DNA of 63,072 bases, filler included, from Stramenopiles sp. TOSAG23-3 (Eukaryota): assembly GCA_900128585.1 (NCBI GenBank). It is 12 parts of 12 records of this genome, joined end to end, with 100 filler letters (N's around TTAATTAATTAA, not from the genome) between each part and the next. Parts side by side here need not be neighbours in the genome. Positions count along the whole stretch, not along the records: positions 10,558 to 15,730 come from LT643589.1; positions 15,831 to 21,000 come from LT643590.1; positions 21,101 to 26,269 come from LT643591.1; 9 more parts are not named here. One strand, written 5' to 3'. How positions within the stretch are numbered: position 1 is the first letter of the stretch; every line of letters starts with the position of its first letter. Positions 10,558-21,470 of the stretch are shown in pieces. The translations under genes and the position numbers were made by a program. A model generated the notes under the pieces. The model worked only from the letters and a program-made list of their open reading frames with translations, searched no databases and was not told the DNA's origin.

Positions 10558-13500
10558 TCCTCATATCTTGCAGGCTGAAGTTGGAAGTATCCTTCTGCGG
10601 TTTCCCATCACACCCAATCGATACAATTTCGTGGCCGTTGCGGATTTTTCCTGCTCGCGCAGCTGCCTTGCCAGGGGTAATTTCGGAAAGGAACGGGGCT
10701 GTGCCGGGCTTGCCGGGCTTGTCTATGACTTTGAATCCAAACCCATTCGAGGGACACGTAAAAGTTACCGAGTAAACAGAGACCTTTTCTTTGCCGTTGT
10801 TGAGCCATGTTTTCAATCGGTGTTTGCAGTACTCTGCGTACCGTTTGGCCCCTAACCACACCACGTCTTCACAAAAAATTAGCGCCAACCCAATGACGAA
10901 TACCGACACCGTAATTAAAATGATAGCCCACTCCATAAAGGCATCCTCGTATATTCGATGGTCGGAGTTATCGGTCTTGAGGATGAGGCCGCACAGAAGC
11001 GTCAGCACCAACTGCAAGCTCGAAAACGTTTGAAGCCAGTCGTCCGACTGGTCAAGGTATGGGGTTGACCTTGTCACGTTGAGGAGGTGAAAAAACCCGA
11101 CCAAGAACCCAGACAAGATTTGCGCCGAAGTTCCCTCTCGAAGCCACACCAGGCCGCCGGTCAACAGACACTTCCGGGCCATTTCAAATATTTCCCACCA
11201 CCACAAATGGTCTTCGTAACTTGCAAACAGGTCTTCCATTTGGATGCTAACGGACGCTTTGATCTCATCGCTATAGACGTACACGTGCTGCTTCGATTCG
11301 GCATCGAAAACCCTGGTTTCCCTTTTCTCAAAAGTGTAGAGGTGGGGTAGACACCCTTTGCGGCCTTCGTCCTTCTGGGTGTGCTCGTTCGTGTGAATAA
11401 GCCCCATGGAACCCCCTCGCTTAAACTTTAGAACATGATGGTGCTGCACTTCTGCACCCATTTCACGCTGCTGCTTGACCAACTTTCGTATCTCCAGGGC
11501 GTGGGCGTACTTTTGAAGAACTATTATTCTTCGGTAAGAGTCCACGGACTGTTCTTTGTAGTGTTTGACGACCGCTTGGAGTTTCCTGTCCTTGTCTTCG
11601 TTAATCGCTTCGATAACGTGACGGTACTTCCAGAGGCGCCAGTACATGACAGCAGGGATACCAAAAACGTAGAGGAAAATAAACAAAATCGCCCATGCCA
11701 CGGCATTGTCGTGCTCGACGGAAGCAAAACACTTCACGCTCATGTCGGCGACTAAATACAACTCTGGCCGGGGCGCGAACGTTCGGCATTGAAACACACG
11801 GAATACGCGCACAGTCAGACCAGGGTATGTAAAGAAGCAGAAGAGGAACACGTCCTTTATCAGGTAATCGACTAGCGTCCGCCACAGCTCTGATTTGCGA
11901 GATTTGCTTGCGTTTGCGGACCGGCGCATGTACACGATCGCCATAGCGACGATCTGTACGAGCACAAAGCATGGCGGTATCATCATGTGCGTGTAGAATG
12001 CAGTGAGAAACGAAACTTCCATGAAGCACGTGTTGATGCCATGAAAGATGGCCTCCAAGTCAATGTTCAAAAACGTAAACCACGCAAAAAAGTTTCGAAC
12101 TGCATTTGGCCACGGAACATCGAACGTTACGTCTAGGTAACTAACGATTTGAACGTACACGACCATTATTCGAAGCTTGTGCAGAATAGATCCTGCGCGT
12201 ATGCGATTCACCAGGTTTGATCGACCCAGTGCACCGGTATCTTCGACTGTGCTGTCAAGCTTTTCCATGGGGTTTTCGTCGTTAGAAGCAATGCCCTCGA
12301 GCATGTTTTCCGTTTGTTCTTCTTTTATCTCATCCGCAAGCTCTTCATTGATTGCTTTACAGGTGGGCTCGGTCCCCGAGTCCGCGCCGTCTTCTACGCC
12401 CCCCTTGGCTTCTGTGCCGCCCTCGGCTTTCTCTGCCGGGGGCTTCGTGATGTACATGAACCTACCAACCGAACAAAGAAAAATGAATACCACGATGAGC
12501 ACCCAGCCCATGCTAAACCAGGTCGCGTATTTTGAACTGGGGCAGGAGGTGCACCGGTAGTCGTCCCCTTGGCGAGTATAACCTTCTTCGCACACCGAGC
12601 AAAGTGGCCCCGTGTGAAACTCCCTGCACTGCGACTTGTTCAAAGCAATTCCTCCAACGCAGTCCGATTCTCTTGTGCAACGATGGAAAATGCCCGTTTC
12701 AAAATCAGTTCTCCATTGCCCGTTGCCCGATCGCATACCTTGAAGCGTGTTCCCTGCCCCCTCGCATGACCCCCCTTCGGGACACTTTGTGCAAACGCTT
12801 CCCGCTTCTTGCAAATTCAAAAAACTATCGTCCTGGCAAGGGCAAAGCAACGAATTCCATTCGCCAAGGTATTCCCTCTCGCCGCACCCCTTTGAAAGGA
12901 CCTTTAACTCAACGTTTTGGGAGGGGATACCATCGTACGCCCCACCGGCAGCACTGGATTCTACGCTGTGGTGAATTGTGCACGTGCTTACTGTGTTTTG
13001 GGTTGACACTGCATATATCTGTTTCGGGATTGGGGGCCACTGCAATCGGATTTGGATCCGCACGCTTTGCATTGACGCGTAATTCTCGGTAGAAAATTCC
13101 AGTAGCTGTGAATTTGCATGGACCGTGCAAAAAGAGTCGTTTGACATCACACTGACGCTCACGGCTCCAGACGGTGCCATCGCTGGGTCCAGTCGAATGT
13201 TGTACGAAAACTCGCTGCCATCGAATGATTCTGGCAGCTCTGGGAGTCCCATGATCTTCCCTTTGTCTACCAGGCGGCAGGCAGTTTCTCCCGTTTGGTT
13301 TCTGGTGTCCGAGCCGTTCTGGCACGCCATGCAGTCGTTCGCAGCTCCAACGTTGGGTTGATACTTTCCAACTGCGCACAATTTGCACGTGTTTGCCCCT
13401 TCGACATCGCTGTATGCACCGGGGTCGCACCGTTTGCAATCACAAAGGTACGATTGTGCGCTTTCCGTGCCGTACTTTCCGGCCGGGCAGTTAAGGCAGT

Positions 13501-14356
13501 GGGTGGAGGCGTACTTTTCGGCGTACTGCCCCGTTTCGCATTCCATGCAATTGTCTACGGATATATGATTCTGTGCCTGTTTGCCTTTGTCCGCAAGGTA
13601 AAACCCCGTTTCGCACGCTGCACAGTCGTTCCCTTCGTCGTGGGCAGTAGGGTCGGAACCAGGGTCAGAGAGGTACCGCCCCCCTGGGCACACGAAGCAG
13701 GACGCCAGCCCTGTCCCATTTGCAAACGTTCCCGCTTTACAAATGTCGCACGTTGTGCGGTTCTCTCGATCGCCGTACTTACCAGCAAGGCACTTGATGC
13801 AACTGAATTCTGCGGCTTGGTCGATTTGATCTTGGTATTTTCCGGCGGAACACGCCACCCTTGCGTCTGCCCCGCTGCAGTAATGCCCAAGTTCGCAGGT
13901 ACGGCACGACCCTGCGCTGGCCTGTCGAATTTGATCGCCGTACTTTCCTGGCGGACAGCCCTGTCTGAAGGCAACGCCACCGCAGTAGTACCCTTTTTCG
14001 CACACTACGCACGATTTATTGCTGGTCTGCCCCAACGACTTTTCCTGGTACAATCCTGGCACGCATGCGTCGCAGTCGTTGACATTGTCGTGAAGCGCGG
14101 GGTCGATCCCGTCGTCCGTGAGGTACATGCCATCCGGACATGAAGTGCAAACGTCAGTAGCGGTACGATTGGTGTATTTTCCAGCTTCGCAGACCTTGCA
14201 CGCGCTGGAACTGGACATTCCCGTTCTGTTGTTGTACTTTCCTACTGCGCAAAGGTATGGGCAGGTGGTCAGTTGAGAATTGGACTTGTTTTGAAAGCGC
14301 CCTGGCTCGCTCCTCAACAGATTATACAAGGCGAGAAAAGAAAGTAAGTGTTTCAT
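10558..14356 (-). CDS. 3'-partial multi-pass membrane protein: Cys-rich (ephrin-receptor-like/GCC2-GCC3) repeats, Ig-like domain, about 7-8 TM helices, C-terminal PDZ-like domain
   Basis: Repeated CxxCxxGxY units, then GPLCSVCEEGY, then a TM block with RIMVVYVQI, FDVPWP, YLVADMSVKC and WWWEIFEMARK. GFGF...ITPGKAAARAGKIRNGHEIVSI lies just before the gap. Confidence 0.85.
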
Positions 14357-14473
14357 TTTAATTTATTTACATTCTCTTTAAAGCTGACAAAACGGTTGAT
14401 AACAGTAATTCTATCTACCGAAGTCCTTGCGTGGTTGTCGAACGGCCGTTTGGGGGTTTTTATCTGATCGAAC

Positions 14474-15370
14474 ATGTCGAACATTCCGTTCGAACGGCTC
14501 ACCGTTCAGGCGGCAGTTCGCGTGTCCCCTGCGGACTTGATGCAGCCAAGGAAGGCGATACTGAACGAGCTGAACAGGCGTTTAATGCGGTACTACTCCA
14601 AGTTCAAGGGCGTTCTTCTGGCGCACGACGAAGTTATAATAAAATCCCGGGGGGAAATTCAGTGGGACATGCCCTATATCCTGACAAATTTTTCTTTCAA
14701 AGGCCTTATATTTCGACCCCAAGTGGGCACCGTGCTGTCTGGGCGGGTGAACAAGATAGGAGAGGACGATGTCCACATGCTGCTGTTTGGAATTTTCAAC
14801 GTGTCCGTCGCGGCCGACCGTATGCCACCCAATTTCGAGTACAAGGACGATACCAAGACGTGGTGGGACGACGAAAAAAATTATAACCTGAGCGTCGACG
14901 ACAGTGTGCTGGTGCGAATCGACACTGTGAACACGGACAGCGGCTTGTTGTCGCTGAGGGGAACCCTGGTGAACGAGTCGAGTTTGGAAGAGCAAGGGAT
15001 GGCGTTGAACGCGGACGGGAACGTCGTTTTAGCGAGTAGTATAGATGCAGCAAACGAGAGTTCCGGGGGGGGCAACGTGTTGGATATGCCGGAGGGCATT
15101 GTTTTTGACCTAGACGAGGACGACGAAGACGACGAGGGGGGCGGGGCGGGGATCGATTCAAGCTCCATGATCAGCGCGGGCGAAGGTGCGGACAAAAAGC
15201 GAAAGCGCAGGCCGTCCTTTTCCGACAGTTTTTCTTCTCCAAATTTCAACGGTAAGAAGCCGCGGACTGCTGCAGAGAACGCCGATTGTGCTGCTGTGGG
15301 CGAGGACAAAAAGAAGATGAAAAAGAAGAAGAAAAAAAAGAAGAAAAAGAAGAAGGCAACAAAAGGTTGA
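14474..15370 (+). CDS. RPA43: RNA polymerase I subunit RPA43 (Rpb7-like)
   Basis: LNRRLMRYYSKFKGVLLAH, FRPQVGTVLSGRVNK and LLFGIFNVSV, followed by an acidic then poly-Lys tail typical of A43. Confidence 0.85.
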   Translation: MSNIPFERLTVQAAVRVSPADLMQPRKAILNELNRRLMRYYSKFKGVLLAHDEVIIKSRGEIQWDMPYILTNFSFKGLIFRPQVGTVLSGRVNKIGEDDVHMLLFGIFNVSVAADRMPPNFEYKDDTKTWWDDEKNYNLSVDDSVLVRIDTVNTDSGLLSLRGTLVNESSLEEQGMALNADGNVVLASSIDAANESSGGGNVLDMPEGIVFDLDEDDEDDEGGGAGIDSSSMISAGEGADKKRKRRPSFSDSFSSPNFNGKKPRTAAENADCAAVGEDKKKMKKKKKKKKKKKKATKG

Positions 15371-15971
15371 AATAGACGCTGGTAGGACGGTAGGACGGCA
15401 TTACTACGAGGGGGTGGTGGTCCACTTTCTTTTTTTTAAGAGTGTGGTGTAATAAATAGTCGTCTAATAAATACCAAGTCTGTTTTGTTTTCTTAAACAC
15501 TTTGCTTTAAACTTCTTCATGAATGAATTTTGCGCCCCTTCTCCTCCTCCTCCTTAACCCTATTATCTTCTGCGGCTATATAATATTATATAAAGCAAAT
15601 AATTAATAAGGCGGTGGTGGTGGCTGGCTGCGTTAATATTTTAATAATTTTAGCAAGCGAAGAAGGTTTTATTTCCACCACTACTTCGTATTTATTACAA
15701 AGAAGCAACAAAAATAAACACAACAAATATNNNNNNNNNNNNNNNNNNNNNNNNNNNNNNNNNNNNNNNNNNNNTTAATTAATTAANNNNNNNNNNNNNN
15801 NNNNNNNNNNNNNNNNNNNNNNNNNNNNNNTGGGTCGGTGGTGTGGTGTGAATCTTTCACATTGCTCGCTACAAGAAGAGGAGAGTAGTAGAATAAATGA
15901 GCAGTGATTAATGCAACGATCAATGCAGGATTCCAATGCAAGAAAGTTCAAGTAGAAAAATTACAAGACGA

Positions 15972-16934
15972 CTACTCGTTTGCAAATGTTACCATTTGTG
16001 GCTGTAACATTGTTTGTTGTCCTATTACCATCTGCGGTTGACCATTGGCATGTCCGTTTCTCAAAATTTCGACACAAAACTTCTCAATAACGTATCTCGT
16101 ACCTGTGCCTGCTATGCCACTTTTCCTTCTTCCGAAACTTCCCGCTGGAGTCCAGCTTATCTTTACCTTTCTACTAAAAGTGTTCTCGTGTACTTCTTTG
16201 AGAACTCTCCACATTGGCTGCGTACGCATTATTTCCCGCCCCCCCATTAATCTAGTGAGCACACAAAGAAGACCTATGAGGTATACAATTGTAAGTATAC
16301 CAAAAATAGTCCCTACCACTCCTTTAATGCTTGAGAGACCAGCTAATAGAAACAAGACGAGAACTGCACCAATCTCACGTAACAGCCTCTCTTTCGTCAA
16401 CAAACAAAAATAATTATTTGAATCGTAATAAGTTCGCCAAGCTGTGTTAATCTTTTGTGCACCTTGCACCCATTCTCTATCAGTTAATATGCCATTCAGC
16501 AAAGCGGGCAAAACATACGGAATACATGGTTTCAAACGGTCAGGGCCAATGTAGTTAACCGAACCACCACTAATCTTATGTGCAATTTTTTCAATAGAAC
16601 CATTAATATTTGAAACAAATTTACTAGCGTCATCGTGTCCTGTTAATTCAAAATCTTGCAGAGGGAAACGGGACACAATAATAAATGATACGTTGCTGAT
16701 AGGTGCACCATTACCAGCAAACATGCCCATTGAAGAAGGATGCACTCCTTCCGAATCAACCGGCCATGCGTTTGGGCGAATTTTGTCGTAACAAAAGCTG
16801 ACTTGTTTCCCTCTTGGATTGAACCAACCGTTAAGTGGTTTCAGTATTATTTTTGCATTCTCAAGTAAAAAGACTTGCACTTGAGGTTCGCCATCAAGCA
16901 AACCGTACGGGTCAGGTAGACCATAGCCACTCAT
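15972..16934 (-). CDS. Hypothetical membrane protein with two TM helices
   Basis: 320-aa ATG-initiated ORF with two adjacent hydrophobic helices (IGAVLVLFLLAGL; TIFGILTIVYLIGLLCVL) and a Q/P/M-rich tail. Confidence 0.7.
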   Translation of the reverse strand: MSGYGLPDPYGLLDGEPQVQVFLLENAKIILKPLNGWFNPRGKQVSFCYDKIRPNAWPVDSEGVHPSSMGMFAGNGAPISNVSFIIVSRFPLQDFELTGHDDASKFVSNINGSIEKIAHKISGGSVNYIGPDRLKPCIPYVLPALLNGILTDREWVQGAQKINTAWRTYYDSNNYFCLLTKERLLREIGAVLVLFLLAGLSSIKGVVGTIFGILTIVYLIGLLCVLTRLMGGREIMRTQPMWRVLKEVHENTFSRKVKISWTPAGSFGRRKSGIAGTGTRYVIEKFCVEILRNGHANGQPQMVIGQQTMLQPQMVTFANE

Positions 16935-17648
16935 GTTTAGTATACAGTTCGATGTTCAGTTTGGTTGTTACTATGAGTATGAGCAGCATATGTATCGTTT
17001 TTGGCGCTTTCAAATATAAAATAAAAGTAATAACCTGAAAGGAATAACCTTTATATGATTCGTATGTGGTTTGTCGGTAGTCTAATAATATCAGCACCAA
17101 CCCCCCCCCCCAACAATCATTGAATTTTAAATAAAATTATTAATAATAAATAATAGAACTTTTTTTGGTTTAATAAAAAAATTATATATAAGAAGAAGTT
17201 TTTTCGTCATTTTAGTAGATGTTATTATATTCAATGTTATTTTGTGTATTAGACTAACACTATAATAATAATATTAATAACTCCCCCCCCCTGCTACCTG
17301 CTAGTTATTTTTAATTAAAAAAAAGTTCACACCACACCCCTCCTCTCTGGAGGACACAGCAATCTATAACAACTCTCATACATAATTAAGGCAAAAATTA
17401 AATAAAAGGTTTCAGCTTTCTTTCAGCTTTCTTTCAGCCCAAACAAGAAAATTGTAATTGGTGCTGCCAATTATTTGAATAAACGAACAATTGTTTTGAA
17501 GTTCTGAAAATCCCAAAAGTTACATAAACTTTCCGAGTACGTAAAAAGGTATGTTCCTGTAGGGAATAGTTTTTTGGCGAGCAAAAAGTATCGTGCCGAT
17601 CGTGCTGTAGGTGGAGGTTTTTGGGAGTCAGTCCAACTAATAAGCGAC

Positions 17649-19328
17649 ATGCAGTCCAACGAGAAGGCAAGCAAAAGGCTCCGCGCTCGAGTTCTGCCTG
17701 CGGCTGTAGTCACGGCTTTGATTTTTTTCGTGCACTGCTGCCTAAGGATTGCTTCTTCCAGTTATTCTTTCTATGGGACATTTTCCTTGGATCTCCGCTC
17801 GTTGGCCGCAGGAAGAATCTTGCTTGGGGGTATAGTGCTGAAAGATCTAGTAAGTTTTCGATTTTCCGTCGTTGAATTTATGTACACGGGGTTTTGGAAA
17901 AGAAAGTATGTAATGGATGAGGAAGACCCGCAAATTCAGGTCGATGATTTTTCTCCGTACCTGGCCGTTGGGGGCGTGGCGGGGATGAAATCATGCTTTG
18001 GTTTAGTTGGCCTGGCCGCTGTGACGATGATGGTGGGTTGGCACACACAAGTGTCCGTTTTTATTTGCTGGTTTCACACCCGTGCCGTGCATTTGCGTTC
18101 GTCTGGGACTGCGCAAGCAGGCGATCAACTGCTTCGGCTGATCCTGTTCTGGATGATATTTCTCCCCTGCGACAAGAATTTTTCCGTAGACAGCCGATAT
18201 CTTCCCACAACTGGTGAGGGATTGAATTCTGATTGTAGCATCGCAAGTTTTGGATTAATGCTGCAGATAGCGATCATATACCAATTCTCTTCGATGTTCA
18301 AGGTGCACGAGAAATGGAAATCAGGGACTGCGGTCTACTATGTTTTGCAGAACTTTGGGTTCGCCTACGGCCCCGTGGCGCAGCCGCTCTTGGCCTTACC
18401 ACGGATGTTTCTTTCCGTATTGACGCACGCAACGGTAGTAGTGGAGACCGTGTGCCCACTATTTATGTTTTTGACGCCGTACCTGCGCGGCCTGGGGGCC
18501 ATCACCTTTATTGGGTTTCACGCGGGGCTCTATTTTTCAATGAGATTGGGCTCTTTCCCATTAATCTGCATATCAGCGTGGGTGATGATGCTGCCGAGCA
18601 TATTTTGGGACGATGCAAATGTGTTTTCGCGCCCTTCGATTGTCCCGAAGAGCGGTGCGTCATGGGACGTGTTCCTCTTGTCCACTTTTATTCAGCTGTC
18701 TGCGATATTTTTTACTATACTGTGCAACGTAAATACCCTTCCGCAGGTGCACAACTCGGCGTTGCAGACTTTGAAACTCTCTGAGCGTGGGTACAAGGCG
18801 GCTAGGGCCTTGGGGATGCAGCAGCAATGGTTCCTTTTTGATAAACCTATGAACAATAGCTTTTGGTTTCGAATAGTCGGGCATTTAAAAGATAGCAGCA
18901 CGTTGCTCGATCTTCACCAAGTCATGATTCACCGGAACGACAAGGATGACCAGGAGTACGAAATAAAGTATGCACCTTTTACGGGCAGGGAAATGCGCCG
19001 ATGGGCCGAATGTTACACGAGCCACCGGTGGAGAAAGCTGTACCAGCGTTTGGCCGATAAAGGAAACAGGTACAAACCGTTTCAGTCTCATTTTGCTGAA
19101 AGTTTAGTTGAATTATGGAATGCTTCGAAATACAGGGGTGAATTTGGGACTATTAAAAGGGTCTCATGCATCGGGGTGTGGACAAAAATTCCAGACATGC
19201 ACAGCCAAGAAAGCATGACTACAGAGTGGGTACCACCGTTTTCCGCGGAGGCGTGGGTCGTTGACATGGATAAGGAGGGAAGACCCCTTCAACGCAGCGC
19301 TGAAGGGAAAGAGAAAAAGAACCAGTAA
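17649..19328 (+). CDS. HTTM-domain (vitamin K-dependent gamma-carboxylase-like) polytopic membrane protein
   Basis: SLDLRSLAAGRILLG, AGDQLLRLILFWMIFLP...FSVD, QIAIIYQFSSMFK...WKSGTAVYY, FIGFHAGL...LGSFP, LGMQQQWFLF and HRWRKL. This pattern is recalled from bacterial HTTM proteins. Confidence 0.8.
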   Translation: MQSNEKASKRLRARVLPAAVVTALIFFVHCCLRIASSSYSFYGTFSLDLRSLAAGRILLGGIVLKDLVSFRFSVVEFMYTGFWKRKYVMDEEDPQIQVDDFSPYLAVGGVAGMKSCFGLVGLAAVTMMVGWHTQVSVFICWFHTRAVHLRSSGTAQAGDQLLRLILFWMIFLPCDKNFSVDSRYLPTTGEGLNSDCSIASFGLMLQIAIIYQFSSMFKVHEKWKSGTAVYYVLQNFGFAYGPVAQPLLALPRMFLSVLTHATVVVETVCPLFMFLTPYLRGLGAITFIGFHAGLYFSMRLGSFPLICISAWVMMLPSIFWDDANVFSRPSIVPKSGASWDVFLLSTFIQLSAIFFTILCNVNTLPQVHNSALQTLKLSERGYKAARALGMQQQWFLFDKPMNNSFWFRIVGHLKDSSTLLDLHQVMIHRNDKDDQEYEIKYAPFTGREMRRWAECYTSHRWRKLYQRLADKGNRYKPFQSHFAESLVELWNASKYRGEFGTIKRVSCIGVWTKIPDMHSQESMTTEWVPPFSAEAWVVDMDKEGRPLQRSAEGKEKKNQ

Positions 19329-19994
19329 AAGAGCAGTGGGGGGCGTGTACATTTGTTATTTTTTCAAAAGATAAATACCGATACCGGGGAAGAAGAACAA
19401 TAAATAATAAGAGACAGTGCGCGGCGTGAATAATGTTTGCGCTTGAAAACGTTTCTTACAAACGTCATACGACCGGACGAGATGTTAAGAAATAAGAATG
19501 CATTTAATGGTGAATATGATTATTTTTAATAAAAAATTATAAAAAAAGATTTTATTATTTTTTTCTGAGAAGATGAGTGTGCTTTGAAATTTAAAAAACA
19601 CACTGGAATAAATTATTCGTCCTCATCCTGGGGGAGAGGGGGGGGTGGTACGGTTCTCAAGGTGAAACCGATTATGCTAAATTTAGCTGTGTGAAAGAAG
19701 AAGAAGAGAAAAAAAAAAATGGAAAATTTTAATACTATGTCCATATTAATAAATATCTAGAGTAAGAAATGAGAAATGAATATATCACCGGATGATTTGT
19801 GTGAATGAGTAAAATATATATTGACTAGTGATAGTTAATAGTAGTATTACAGTATTATAATATTTCCAACAAACAACTAGACGAAAGAGACGTTATGCTT
19901 ATTTTAACTCCTTTCTTTTTCTCATTTTTATACGAGAAGTAGTTAATGTTATTTATATGTAAAATATACCGGTAATTAATTCATTCGCCGGGGA

Positions 19995-20050
19995 GGGGGC
20001 CAGGGGGCCAGGGGGCCAGGGGGCCAGGGGGCCAGGGGGCAGGGGGGCCA
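19995..20050 (+). repeat. (GGGGGCCA) x7 tandem repeat, potential G-quadruplex
   Basis: Five perfect and two variant units embedded in an AT-rich spacer. Confidence 0.95.
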
Positions 20051-20460
20051 TTAAAAAATATCCTTGTGAAATATATAGTAGTATAGTATAGAAGCAGAAG
20101 CAAAACAAAAGTATAACAATATAAAAAATTATAATAGGAATATATGGAAATCTTATGCTATTTATATGTTATTTATTATTTTACCTAGGTTGGCACGTTG
20201 TTTTTTTAATATAAAAGGGATAGAGTAAGGGGGGATACAAACTGTATTAGAATATATATTATGTTTTGCAATCAATGTGGTGTATGATTGTGGTTGAGCC
20301 AATTGAAAAAGTTATGATCATACGTTTCCTGAAACTTTATCCTCCTTACATTTCTCAGTTCTACAGCGTTTGCAGTCCTTAAACCCAAGGGAAAGTAGCT
20401 GCGTTTTGCAACAACGGCAACAAAAGTAGAGTTTATCCTTGGAGGTGCAGCAGTCCGAGC

Positions 20461-21000
20461 ATGGAATCTTCCGGTAAGGGTTCTTCCAAAGTGTCGCCGG
20501 CGAGTCTCGTTGAGGCCCCCAAGCATGAAATTGGGGTCTTGGGAAATACTGTCGGCATCCTGCAGTCGAATGAGATGCTGAACCCCAAGCCATATGGTTC
20601 ACGAATGATTGGTGGAAAGAAGCCTTATAACATAGACAAATACAGACAGTACGAAGCCACCTCGTACATTGTACCGGACACTGCAGACCAGGAAAGCCAG
20701 TACATGCGGATGACGCCCAAAGATTACGCCCGAAGGCGGTTGCTGATGTGGGTGCGCTATGCGTTCACTGGTGTGGTCGTCTCAATTGTCATTAGTGGCG
20801 CGCTTTTCCTGACCAATATAATCGAGAAGTGGAGGGTGAAATCGACCACCAAGATCCTCGACAACGCGGACATTGGGGGGGCATGGATGTTTTGGGTCGG
20901 GACATCTGTAGGTATGAATCTGTTCGCTTGCACGCTGGTCCTTCTGAATCCCGCCGCTGCATCGTCTGGTATTCCAGGCCTGATTGCATTCTTGAACGGA
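20461..21000 (+). CDS. 3'-partial CLC chloride channel/antiporter
   Basis: Two TM helices, then PAAASSGIPGLIAFLNG, matching the CLC GSGIPxxxxxLNG motif. Truncated by the gap. Confidence 0.8.
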
Positions 21001-21470
21001 NNNNNNNNNNNNNNNNNNNNNNNNNNNNNNNNNNNNNNNNNNNNTTAATTAATTAANNNNNNNNNNNNNNNNNNNNNNNNNNNNNNNNNNNNNNNNNNNN
21101 GGATGAAAGAAAGAGTGTAAATCTCAAACAAATCAAACAGAGAGATGATGACCAACAACAACAAAAAAAGAACAACAACTACAAGTAAAAAGAAAGAAGA
21201 GAAGAAGAAAAGAAGGAAGACCCATTATTTATCATCATAATTCATCCACTTGTGATGAAATAATTAACAAAATAATTATTATAATAATATTACATTGTTT
21301 CAAACGAAAATAGTAAAGACTGGGAATTGTATTTATGCGCAGTTTCATAATATCTAGCTACACTAACTGGAATTGAATTCCTCGGTCCAGTATAGTGTCC
21401 CATAAGGTGAACATTAAGTCAGTCCTCAGGCAAGCCTTCCGCTCAGTTTTGTTGCTTGGCCGTATTGAAA

